From contig JAPEUD010000049.1 of assembly GCA_026026165.1 (NCBI GenBank), positions 62,001 to 126,000 on the forward strand: a stretch of DNA of 64,000 bases, given 5' to 3'. Source of the stretch: Sarea resinae (taxonomy: Eukaryota). A program made the position numbers and the translations under genes. Position 1 is the stretch's first letter. Each line of letters starts with the position of its first letter. Below, piece after piece: positions 28,101-47,891 of the stretch. The notes below the pieces were generated by a model, which did not search any database, was not told the origin of the DNA, and worked only from the letters and a program-made list of their open reading frames with translations.

Positions 28101-31100
28101 AACCAGATCCATGTAATCACTGCTCAAACTTTCGAATGTAGAAGCGAGCTTCTTTTTGTCAACTTTACTCTGAACAGTTTCGGGCAGTCGCGAAACCGGT
28201 ATTAAAGCCGAAGGCAGCATATAAGCCGGTAGGGATAGTGTAAGCTCATCCCATAGGTCGTTCATCCAGTCAGCTACCGTTCCTTCAGGCGCCAGCACTT
28301 CGTATTCTGCATTAGACAGTCCTTTTGGAACCCAGAAAGAGACCAGTTGCGTGGTTTTGGTCTGAAGCCGGTCAACAGCCAGGCTGATGCAGTCGTGCAC
28401 ATTCGGTGATCGCAGAAGATTGTTGTTTATTTCACCTAGCTCAATTCTCTGGCCCCGAATCTTGATCTGGTCATCTTTCCTACCGACTATGGAAAGAGAT
28501 CCATCAGGTAGTAATCGGCCATAATCTCCTGAGCGATATAAACGTCCAAATTTGGGGTGATCCAGTATCTTTGCGTAATTTAACTCGGGCATATTCATAT
28601 AACCTCGGAACTATGGTAGCATGGTCAATGAGAGAGATTGAAGTACGTCCAAGAACGATGGCATACCACTTGATCGCCACCAAAGCAAAATTCTCCGACT
28701 GCGCCTCGAGGCATCAAAGAAAAGTCATCATCATCATACGCCACAAAGGTTGAAGTGTTTTTGAAAGGTGGTCCGACGTTATTCCTGAAATCGGAAGCGG
28801 TGGTTCTCGGTCGAACAGAACAGATATTTGTCGTTTCCGATGGGCCATAGCCTACATCAATTAGCATCGAGACTTAGATCGAGGGGAATCACAGGGAATC
28901 ACAGGGCATACCATTATATAAACCTTTATCTGCCCAGTCATTAAACACCTTTTCGGTCACTCCCTCTCCAGCTGTGACAAGAAACTTTACAGTGGGGACG
29001 TGAGCTGGGGTCACCAGAGCAGCAACAGTGGGCGTCAAACTCAGATGGGTAATACCCATCGTGCGGATGGCATTCTCGATATCTCGGAATAAAACATCCT
29101 TAGTAGCTGAGCAAAGACATATTCTGCTTTTCCAGGAGAAGAAAATTTCAAAAACGGATACGTCAAATGCTTGTGAGCATGACTGCAAAAGCTTAGAACT
29201 TGAGGTGACAGGATAGATTTCAGCCAGAGCATCTAGGTTACTCAATAGATTTTGCCTTGTCACCATCACACCCTTCGGAATGCCGGTGCTTCCAGATGTA
29301 AACACCGCATACGCAAGGTCCGAAGGTTCCCCTCTGATTGCGGGATTAGTCTCGGGATAAGGGCAAAAGTCCTCTTCGTCAACAGTGATAATGGAAACGG
29401 TAGCCAGGTTTTCAAGAACAGGCCTTGAAGCGGAATGGCCAACACATAATTTGACTTGCGCTTGCGTGATTATCTGACTGATTCTCTCTCGCGGAGTTTC
29501 CGGAGTAATAGGAAGGTAGGCGGCGCCAGTCTTGATAACAGCCAGTATTGTGACATAAAGGTCAATCGACTTTTCCATACATATGCACACCAGTTCATCA
29601 CAGGAGGCCCCTTTCTCTATGAGGTGATGTGCTAGCAGGTTTGAGCGCCGATTCAGATTGCTGTAGGAGATACTGCTGAATACTGCATTGGGGCCATCGA
29701 TGGACTCTGCAAACTCGATAGCAAGCCTGTCGGGGGTCTCTGATGCCGCATCCTCTACAAAATTGTATAGATCGATGTTACTAGTCGAAAATTGAGGCTC
29801 TGGGTTCTCGATCGATAACAGCTCCGGACAGAAACATCGGCCAAAATCCTGGATCGGTAAATCCGTATCTTCTAGGAATCCACAAACAAGCTGATCGATT
29901 TGTTGAAGCAACAAATCAACTTGGGCTTCTGGTAGCAAGGATTTCTGGTAGTTTGCCTTGACGGCAATAGAGTCAACTCCAGGCTCAATTTCAAGTGTGA
30001 GATTGAATTCCAAAAAGTCTGCAGCATCAATTTGCCGAATCAAGCTGGATCCCTCAGTTCCACTCCGCAAAGTCTGCTGCCACACAATTAGAGTGTCGAA
30101 GAGTGACCTTCTTGGGCTGAGACCAAAATCTTTTTTTATGTCGCGAAAGGGAATAGGATATTGATTCAGCGCCTTGCGATTGAGACTGTGAACATACTTC
30201 AGAAGCTCTTTGGTGGAATTGAATTTGGAAATGTCAATGCGAGTCGGGACTGTTGTAATGCATGGGCCAATGATGTCTTCTATTCCACGGACAGGAAAAG
30301 TTCTTCCTGAAGAAATGCTGCCGAAGACAATGTCTGGGGACCCGAGGTAGCAGCTTAGGAGGTATGCAAAGGCTGCTTGAAAGAACGTCTGTGGGCTAAC
30401 ACCGTTTCCTCGTGCAGCTAATTCCAATTTTTGCAATGGTGTTGTCATGTTGCGGCGGAGAGCTTCAATTGAAGCGATAGGCATTAATCTGCCGTGAAAA
30501 TTAGGAAGCTGGCTCGGACTAACTCCTTCCAAATGTTGACGCCAGTAGACCCTAGCGACCTTAATCTCGTCGGAATCTGCGAGGTTCGAGAAGTAATCGA
30601 CAACGCAACGATACTGGGGTCTTGCGATGATATCCTTTCCTCGCAGCAGACACTCAAGGTCAGTCAATATATGCTCTAATGACCAACCATCGTAGAGTGC
30701 ATGATGGATCTGGATCAACAATCTTGATCTGGTATCGAACGTGTGTAGCTGAACTCGCAGAGGTGAAAACAATAGGCTGTGTTCGTTTAATTCGAATCGA
30801 TAGCTGAACTTGGAGGTCTCGCAGAACCGGTGATCAGAAAGATCCTTCCAGATTACTTGAGCATAAGAGTTTGCAGAGCCTTGAACAGCAACAAAGCCAG
30901 TTCTCAATATCGCGTTCTGCTTTGCCAATTGCTTGAAGGCGCACTGAAGCGTTTTGAAATTGACGGGGGAAAGTACTTCTAGTTCAACCCAATTACAGTA
31001 GGCTTGAGGGTTGATTGCTGTTTCTGCCAGCAAGGACGCTTGAATAGGAGTACAAGGACAGACATCTTCAATCTGCAGATGATATATATCTTCAATGGTC

Positions 31101-33557
31101 TTCAGTGCATCTGTCCGCAAAGATGTCGACGCTATTCCGGAATCAGATGTTTGACCATTACAGTCGGTATGTTCTTCCTTGTCTTCCTTGTCTCCCTTGT
31201 AAAGATATCGAATTCTCTCTATTGTATCAGCATTTAGTATATCGACGGTTCCGAGGTCCATGCCCTGTCCACGGAGCTCGGAAGCAAATTGGATGGCACG
31301 TAAAGAATCAAGACCCGCAGCAGCAAGACTAGACGAACGAGAGATTTTCGAGCCAAGTAATTTCTGGGCAACATTGGAAATCGCGTGCTCCGTCTCGTCT
31401 AGAAGGGGTTCTTCGTCATTCGATCCTTGCTCTCTCTGAATTTTGTAGTCAGCCTCGAGCTTCTTAGCATCGACCTTGCCGGAAGAGAGCCGTGGAGCCT
31501 CCTCAAGCAGGACTACATCTCCTGGCACCATGAACCCAGGCAGCCATTTCCTGCACACCTCCAGGATCTGCTTTTGGGTTATCGAGGGCGTTCCTGTGAC
31601 GCAAAACATCACCAGCGTTCCATTAATGACTCTTCCTATTGCAGTATTGATTCCCGGTGTTCTGCAAGCGGCTTGTTCTGCCTCACCCAGCTCTATCCGC
31701 TGGCCTCGAAGCTTCACTTGTCCCGAGGAAATTCTTCCGAGAAATTCGAGACTACCATCGGGGAGTAACCTGGCCTTATCCCCGGTGCGATAGACACGGC
31801 CATATTGTTTGGTCTCTATAAAGGCTTGAGCCGTTTGTTCCGGTCGATTCAGATATTCATTCGCTAGCTGATGGCCGCCGATTGCAAGCTCTCCGATATA
31901 TCCAGCAGGAAGAACCTCTACTTCACTGATGGTGGCGGTTCCGGCATGTGGGGAAACGATCAATGCGGAGACGGTTTCGAGGGGTACGCCGATGATGCCA
32001 ACTTTTGAGTTTGCTGGGAGATGAGTGGCGAGCGTACAATGTATAGCAGCTTCCGTAGGCCCATACATCCCATGGAGAATGGGTATCTGATAGGAAGAGC
32101 CCCCAAATTCATCGACCACTGATCGCGTGAGTTGTTCACCAATAGTCAAGAGGACCTTCAACAATGGCACGTTTTGACGACTCCGTAGCAAACCTCCAGC
32201 AACCGTAGGAGTCAGCTCCGCAGCATCTACTTCGAGACGCCTCATGACCTCTGGCAGATCGCTGAGCAGATTGCTTCGGTCGCACCCAACAAGCGTGCTC
32301 CCTCGAAATAGAGGAAAGAATATCTCAAATACTGATACATCAAAAGTTGGTGCAGCAAATTGAAGAAAGCGATTGAAGTGTGGAATATGGGCGTCATGTG
32401 CCAGTAGAGCCTGTGTTGCCGCTGAGTGTGAGACGCTCACACCTTTTGGTGTCCCGGTTGATCCAGAAGTATACATAACATAAGCCAGTTTGTTTTCGTC
32501 CACGGCGTCGGCCAAGGCATCTGCCTTGGTTGGCATGAGGTCGGCTTCTTCACTGACAAGAACAGTTGGCGGGAAACCATCATTAGAAAATCTGAATTTG
32601 TATTCAGAAGTTGTCAAGACTGCCTTCGCTGCTATGTCTTCTATGATAAACTTCACACGCTCTGTTGGTGCGTCTAAATTGAGAGGGCAGAACGCTGCTC
32701 CAGCTTTAAGGACGGCCAGGATAGCTATGTAGAGTTCAGGAGATTGTGGAATGAGAATCGGAACAACGATCTGACTGCCATCAGGGGCATGCCCTGTTCC
32801 CAAGATGGTATTCTTCAGCCTGAAAGCTAAGGAAGTTGATAAGATGTCAAGCGACTCGTAGGAAAATCTCCGCCGCGCGCCATCTGACTCGAGAAAGTCT
32901 ATTGCGCATGCCTTCGTCCGGCTATGCTTTCCTAACAGCTGATGCAAAAGCTTTGGCCCTTCCAGCAGTTGCGGCCTAGGATTCAGTACTGATAGTGCCA
33001 GACGGTCGTCGATCACTTCGCGAACCAGATCGATCCGATCCCGTAGAGTTTGACGGACGATCCATTCTAGCTGTCTCGCAATCTCTTCGAGATGGCCGCT
33101 AGGTATTATTCCAGAGGTTGAAAGACGACCAGATCCTCCTTCTGATGGACAGTATAGGTGAAGAGCAAGATCAGGGAGATCGGAGAGGTCCTGTGTGGAC
33201 TGTAAGAGAGGTGCCGCAAGAACGGTTGGTTGGGCTGCTTACCCCACTGAAGGAGATTCCCGTCGATCGATCACCCTCAGATGCAGGTTCAGTGGCTTCC
33301 TTGGGACTGAAGTGCTTATTCGGCAGATCAACCTCTACATATTCCGATCCAACACGAAAGATTGGCTTCTCATCGTCGGTGTAGGCATTCAACAGCGACG
33401 CCCAGGAGATGATGAGGATCTCGACAGGGATCTGCGGCTGATCGCAGCGCCACATGCATGATGCAGGTGGTCGTCTCGCAGGAGTGATCGAGGACGACAG
33501 GTCGGGAAATTGGGACGGACATGCACCGGGACCCCCCATTGTTCCGCTGTCGCTCAT
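16131..33557 (-). CDS. sidC: Ferrichrome-family siderophore NRPS (SidC/NPS2 type), A-T-C-A-T-C-A-T-C-A-T-C-T-C-T-C, about 13 short introns
   Basis: Four adenylation domains (YVMYTSGSTGTPKG, YAVFTSGSTGIPKG, YRLYTSGSTGRPKA, YCLYTSGTTGTPKG, each with YGP[T/S]E and Y[R/K][T/S]GD). Six GLDS thiolation motifs (~31305, 27960, 24605, 21155, 19435, 17725) and six HALYDG/HALYDA condensation motifs. The frame is restored across GT-AG introns. Lies next to an ornithine oxygenase gene. Confidence 0.93.
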
Positions 33558-34430
33558 GGAATCAAGTTCGGGGTTCTCTATGGGGCATCTCTGCTCGAGG
33601 CAACGTAGTGGAGGTATCAAGTGTATATGTAGAGTAGGCCTCTGTCGGGTCTGGCTGTGTCGAGGAGGGTAGGAGGGAGGATGCTGGACGGGGTATGGAC
33701 CGTACGGTCTTTAGCATCCATAGTCATGATCCTACGTTATTGATTATGATCTTTGAGGCTATGAGTGGCCAAGCCCGCGAGCTGACACCAAATCAAGTAC
33801 CATGAGAGAGAGCGATTTGTTGATGGCAGTCTTACGAGACGAGACCCCCAGAACAACGGCGGGTTGGATGAGTTGGTGCGAATCGAGGGGCCAGAACCAC
33901 CTCATGGAGGGATGGATCTACTACATAGTAGCTGGAGCGATCGAATTTGTTATGTCATGGCACAGAAGTCGTGGGGGAGGTTGATCGGACCTGTGCCAGA
34001 AGTATTGTGGTGGTAGATAGCTCGATGCGTTGGGTGATCCATCGAGTGTTCCACCGCGACAGGATACCAGAGAGATACCTTGATGTGCATCCATCTCCGG
34101 ATCAGAAGTGATCCACCTGCCCCTACTCATAGTACTTCGCACTCTACTCATCGTAGACACCCAGGGCTCCGTCCATCCAATACCGGAAACAGAGGGAGAT
34201 GGGCAGGATGAGCACGTCCACGACATCTCATGACCTCAATACTCTCTGTTAGGCTCCAAGGCCTCGGCTAGACTGCACCGCTGGGTGCGCAGCAATTCAT
34301 TTGTCACTCTCGTTTCAATGTCACGGCCGATGATGCGGGACCGGCGAAGAAAACACAGCTTGTCTCAATCCAAGACTGGAAGGTCACAGCATCAAGAAAA
34401 CGTCAAGCTCGAATTCGCAGAATGGTCGTG

Positions 34431-34513
34431 CTTGGCCTGCGCTTGGCCGGTGCTTGGCCTATGCTTGGCCTATACTTGTCCTCCATCTGATTACCTAGGT
34501 CGTAGTCCTTGGC
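34431..34513 (-). promoter_or_regulatory. Array of PacC-type GCCAAG sites with 11-bp period
   Basis: CTTGGC (reverse complement GCCAAG) occurs at 34431, 34442, 34453 and 34464, a degenerate CTTGTC at 34475, and CTTGGC again at 34508. It lies in the NRPS/ABC divergent promoter. Confidence 0.6.
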
Positions 34514-34558
34514 TGGGGTGACCGATGCCGGAATATCCCTCGCGAGCGGATCTGATAA
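34485..34558 (+). promoter_or_regulatory. SreA/Urbs1-type iron-repression GATA boxes
   Basis: ATCTGATTA (34485-34493) and a perfect ATCTGATAA (34550-34558) match the ATCWGATAA consensus, between the siderophore NRPS and the ABC transporter. Confidence 0.7.
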
Positions 34559-35252
34559 GTCCCCACAGGAACGGCGGCGGGCCTACTACCTCATTTAGGC
34601 CTTGTTAGCCTCTTGCTAGCCTCCCGCTGTTCTTGATGCGATTCCGCCACTGATGGACCCCTTGCCGGGGCGGATCGGCGGTGCTGGTTCCGCCAGCAGC
34701 TCGATGTTGCACCTCGCCCCATACCATTGGTTCTGACTGAGATCGATTACAAGACGAAATGCCAAATGCAAGGCGCTAGAAACTCGATCATGCTCAACCT
34801 CCACACCGAGTAGAGTAGAGTATGACAGCCTTGCTCGGGCTCAGTTGCGGCCAAGGGCTTGCAGAGACTGCTTGCCGATCCTCTACCCACATTGTCCTCA
34901 CAATATCTTTAGCGCATACTCTGGAGTAGTCTCTTCATTGGCCTTACAGATGACGCGTAGGACCATTTCATGCATTCTTGGCCAAGGACTGCAGCTGGAA
35001 AGCAAAGGCCGTGCAATACCCGTTGCGATGCCTGGTAAAAGCTACTCCTGGAGGAGATCTCGCCGTGTGCATGCAATTTCCAACACCGAGAAAGCTGTAG
35101 AGCAATCGTGAGGCCAGATGGAGATTTGCTCTAGTATTGAATATGCCTTTGTATGCGCTGCCTGACAGAGACTGACAGCGATTGGATCTTCCTCGAGCGG
35201 CGATCAAGAGAAGAGTTCGCCCTGCAGGGTGGCAGCATCCACTTGAACAAGA

Positions 35253-39812
<4,560 letters not shown>

Positions 39813-40565
39813 AAAGCATTTGATATTCCTCTGGCTGTTCATTTGGCACATATTTATATTTCCTTTGTTTATCCGTGTTGCATATAGATTCTACCGTTGG
39901 ACGTGATCAATATCACGGGCAAGTCAAAATCTCTCAAGGTTCAAGTTCTTCAATTAGGCTATCACTCGTGCATGCTTCGTGATCTGCGAATCTCGGATGA
40001 ATGCTCGTCGTGCCCATGTGGAGGACGACAGGAGGGGACGACAGATGGGGTCCTCCATCATACTTTGGCTCACGTCCTGGAGAGCAAGATCTGCGTGCAT
40101 GTTGGAAGTCTCCGTGAATCCTCTGCATCTTAGTTGCATTTACCTCCATCGATCGGCAGTGCTTTGTACCATCCTTTTCGTGCTGGAGGTTTTCCTCTCT
40201 CTCTCGAGTGGCCTCCACTTTGCTTGCGCGTCGTCGTGTCACTCGGCACAGCGGCTCGGTCGAGCCAGACAGTGTCAACATCATGATGATTCATCGACAG
40301 CGACGATCACGGACGGGATCTCTCGTTGCCGAAGAAACCACCTCATCGCCTCGAGTTGGGATTGGGTCCCTATTAGCAAACAGAAATCTGGAGCGCCCTG
40401 GAAGCAGCGGGCGATTCCCCCCCTACGCGTTCACGACGAAAACATCTCACGGCCGCACAACTAGAGTGGAGTGGATGGTTTTCGGACGGACAAGAAATCC
40501 CAACCTTGGCATGCGTCTCGTTCCTGACTCTAGCTTGGTTCTCTGGCTCCTCCGGTATCGCGTCA

Positions 40566-40733
40566 GAGCGGATCAGATAATAACCCGCAAGGTACGTGCG
40601 AGCGCCTTGGTCTTGGCGGGCAGGGGAGAATATGATCTGATTACGAGTTTAGCGCGGCGGTGGTGGAGTGGGGTGGGGAGGGGAGGGGAGGGGTGGAGAC
40701 GAGGTAGGTGCTACATTAGTACCATTATCAGAT
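40566..40733. promoter_or_regulatory. Cluster of SreA-type GATA boxes upstream of sidA
   Basis: ATCAGATAA at 40572-40580, ATCTGATTA at 40635-40643, and TTATCAGAT (= ATCTGATAA on the minus strand) at 40725-40733. Confidence 0.7.
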
Positions 40734-41991
40734 CCTTGGGTGAAAATTCTGATGCGGTGGTTTTCCATGAAGCCGGCCATAGTCATAGTAGGTAACTCCT
40801 GCCATGTACGTCGTCGAGTAGGGCTCAACAGCCGCAGGGAAGAGAGAGGGGTTGGGGGGTTGGGGCTTCATGGTCCGATTCTTCTTCGGGGAAACGTCGC
40901 ATCAACCAGACCGGCGCCTCGTATCTGATGAGCAGATAAGATTACACCGTAGGATCAGTGAGCAGTGCGAGTACTGCGCAGTAGGTAGTAGCGCCGTGCT
41001 ACGGGTACAGAGTACTCCATACCTTGGTAGAGTGCTGTAATGGAATGCTCCAACGCTCCAGTGCTCCAATACCCGCCTTACCCACACCCACACCCACCAT
41101 TCCCCCCCCCAATATCACCCATTTCTCTACCCTACGGAGTACTCACTTTGCCTACTACTCTTAAGGTAGCAACCTCACCCGGGAGTGCGTCAGCTCCCGC
41201 TATACCCCTTCCCCTTTCCCTTCCCTATCCCCTTGCCCTTCCACTATGACGGCTTCAACTTATATCGGATCCGCCCGGGTAGATGGCAAGCCGTGCCTGT
41301 TCGAATCATGGCACTCTGCTTGGCGCTAACTTGGCGACACGTCTGTCGGCCTATTGACCGACTACTCGACTCGCAAGGTGGACTGAGAACGAGGACCAGA
41401 GAGGGAGAGTGATGATGTGAGGGACGGAGAGGGAATCCTTGGTAATGCTTGGTAGAGCTCTCTCTCTCATATGTATCTCATAGCGTGCCCGCCCTCCCAC
41501 GACGAGAAGAAAAACACAATAAATTAAAGTCTGCCAACCATCATCATCATCATCATCATCATCACCATCACCATCACCACGATCATCCTGTCCCGCACCG
41601 CTGCGACTGACTACTACTGACGGGACTGCTGACGGGCACATGTCCCTGCGCTGCTCTGCTGCCCGAGCCCGTTCACTTTCCATCCTGCCTGTATTGCGTC
41701 ATCACAGCGCCGGTAGACGTTAGACGACCACATCGAGCGTGTACGAAGTACCTGACTTATCGTGTGTCTAGAACACCATCGCCCGTTCTCTTGGAAAACG
41801 GATTGTGGTGATTTGACGTGAAAACACCCTTGCGTCCGGCCCTGACCGCGTTCTAGATATTTGGTGAAGGTCACCAGGTAGGCCATCTCTCTTATCAAAG
41901 AATATCGCTACGAATTTTCGAATTTCTCCCTCGACCAATTTTCCTTTGCATGCGGTACAGCGACCGGTGTACGTGGGGCAAGATCCGCTAA

Positions 41992-43727
<1,736 letters not shown>

Positions 43728-44618
43728 TGGCGCATCATCTACCAGCGGTTCTCATTGAAGACAAGGAAATTAGGGAAAGGCAGAAAAAGGGGTGGAGGGT
43801 TGTAGATAGCGCGAGATGGTGGGGAGACGAGACGATGAAAAGTAAAAAGGTGATGGGAATCAATGTGTTCATTCGTCTGCGTCTGCCACCGTTGCCGGCG
43901 TCCCATTGTTTTCTCATTTTCTGGAGGACCGACGGACCGTGGAGCACATACAACCAGCTGCACCGATAGATAGATGGATGCTTCGACGTCTTTTTTGGCT
44001 CTATGTTTTGTTTTGTTTTGTTTTATGTAGAGATGGTCCCCTCGCCCCTCGCCACTCATCCCTCACTCAAGCCTCGACCATCGACCGTCGCCTCTCAACC
44101 CTTGGCCTCTACCTATCTATCTAGTCTCTTCTTTCTCTCTTTCTCTCTCTCCGCGCAAGAAGAAGGGCCAAAAAAAGTCGTATGGATGCGTATATAAAAC
44201 CAACCAACAAACAAACAAACAAATCAATAAACAAAGAGCATAAATAAATATAAACATAGTCGGCCAGCTCTCTCTTCACTTCATGAATAAAGCTCTGTCT
44301 GCTAATGCTAATGCTAAGCAACCTAAGTCTCCTTGGGTTAGGTACGATTTATCAGTTAGCGCTTCATTACTTTGGTTTCTCCTCGAGGGTGAGAAAGGAC
44401 GGAGAGGGGAAGAGGAATACTCTAGATAGACAGATGTAGGGATGGATAGATGGATGAAAAATAGGTAGGTGGATAGATGTAGGCAGGCAGGCAGGCCGAT
44501 CAATCAGGTAAGTAAGAAATAGGAGAACAGGACATCCATCTCCTTGTTCTTCTTTCTCCTTGGACGACCTATCCAAAGAAAATCCTAGGATTTATTAAAG
44601 TCTGATGATTCTACTTTG

Positions 44619-44716
44619 TAGTAAGTAGTAAGTAGTGAGTGCGTGAGTGAGTGAGTGAGTGAGTAGTGAGTAGTGAGTAGTGAGTAGTGAGTGAGTGAGT
44701 GAGTGAGTGAGTGACA
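44619..44716. repeat. Compound microsatellite (GTAAGTA)/(GTGA)n/(GTGAGTA)n/(GACA)n
   Basis: Tandem units are directly visible. Confidence 0.9.
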
Positions 44717-44858
44717 GACAGACAGACAGACAGACATGTGTGAGCTAGGTTACCCTTTTTCATATATTGATATCAGTGTGTATATTTTGCATATATATAC
44801 CTCTAAATCAATAGATATTTTATTTGGTTACTTAGTTGTTAACTTGAGTGCTTGGTAG

Positions 44859-44862
44859 CACA

Positions 44863-44899
<37 letters not shown>
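44859..44899. repeat. (CA)n(GA)n dinucleotide microsatellite
   Basis: cacacaca...gagagaga is directly visible. Confidence 0.9.
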
Positions 44900-45409
44900 G
44901 TTCAGGTGGAAAAGAAAAAGAAGCTTTTGTAGATGGTCTATCTATGGATCTATCTCATGTCATGTCATGTCAGGCTCGTTAAGGAGTCGCTCAGTCAGTC
45001 GGTCATAGCTGGCCGGCTAGCTAGGCCGGTCGGAGAGATAGATAGATCGTGGGCCCCCCGGGGGAGCATGCTGGGTCGGAAATACTAGACTAGTGGGTAG
45101 ATAGGGGGAGAGAGTGAGAGATGGGGGGAGGGGGAGAGGGGGAGAGGAGAGGAGAGGAGATGAAAGGAGATGAAAGGAGATGAAAGAGGGTGTGATGTGA
45201 TGACATGACGAGAGACGAGGACGAGACATGGATGCAAGGAAAACGGAAGACGGAAATGTTGGAAGCAGGAACGTGGGAAGAAAGAGAGATGGATGAGAGA
45301 GATAGACAGAGAGATAGACAGAGACGTCATGACTATGCGGACGGATTCGATTCATTTGGGAAACCCAACCAAACACCTTCACCCCCCCGCGGCTCCACCT
45401 CCAGCTCGA

Positions 45410-46776
<1,367 letters not shown>

Positions 46777-47055
46777 AATGAACAAAGATCCTGGAGTCGA
46801 AAACGAACGGAGCTTGTGACAAGCTCTGTAGGAACAAATTGAGGTCGAAAATTGGTGGTTTGGAAAATTGGGAATCGGGATGCGAGTCGCACGAGCCCGA
46901 CAACACCTTTTTCACGCCTGGAACACTTTTTCGACCGTAGCGAGTCGCGACAGAAAGTAAGCTCAAGGGCCCAACGACCGAACGATAAGAGACTTCACAG
47001 GGTGCCATCCAGGACACAACATATAGTACAATGGCGGCTATATTTAGTATTCAAT

Positions 47056-47128
47056 GGCACCGTGGCCTAATGGTAAGGCGTCGCTTTCCGGTGGCGAAGA
47101 CTTGCGGGTTCGAGTCCCGTCGGTGTCG
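47056..47128 (+). tRNA. tRNA-Arg(CCG), intronless
   Basis: Acceptor GGCACCG/CGGTGTC, D-arm GCCT-AATGGTA-AGGC, anticodon arm TCGCT-TTCCGGT-GGCGA, T-arm GCGGG-TTCGAGT-CCCGT, followed by a T-run (Pol III terminator-like). Confidence 0.95.
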
Positions 47129-47891
47129 AGATCTTTCTTTTTGCAAAACTTCACTTACTATACTCATTTGCTTGGCCGACCTTTTTTTTCACTCAGCTAT
47201 GCTGCTATGCTGAGAGGACGCTTTGATTACAAAGGCGCAACGCACATGCGTGCATCTTCGCATCAAGTCTACTACTTCATCAATTCGAGTTTGTCATTAG
47301 AGAAAGTTACACGATGCCGTCCACATCCCCACGACCTGTGGTTTGTCGTAGGACGGTAGCAGCTCATGCGTCCGGCACGGGGAACACTAGTACCAGAAGT
47401 GGAACAGATACGAAGGTCACGGAGTCACTGATGTCCTTTCAATTCCTCCATTCTTCCATTCCATTCATTCGGTTCCCATGGCCAGTACAAGCACGCACCG
47501 AAGCAATCGGGACGAGCACGCAAATGCCCTACTAATGCCCCACCCATATGAGGAAGGAGAATGATGCGGACAAGAAACAAAAGAAACGAACAGAAGAAAG
47601 AACAACGGAAGACTAATGTCCCGGCATGAGAAACAGAGAAAGATAATGCATCGTTGTGGCTAGCGAAGTCCCGCAGCCCCCCATTTGCCCGTGTTTGACA
47701 AACTCCTTCCATTGTGCATCGCGGAACAAAGACACGAACTGATAGAGAGGAAAATGCCGAAAGTGGGAAGAGGTGAAGAAAAAGGTCAGGTCATGGAGGA
47801 CCGGGAAGAAAGGGGGCCATTGGAAACCGGATGCATGACGCGATACGGCAAGACTATTATGACCTGCCTTCAATGACGCGGCGGAAGAGCC

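Noticed and set aside
16131..33557. NRPS as a fragmented pseudogene (many separate ORFs)
   Set aside because: Every break is bridged by a short GT-AG intron that restores the frame.
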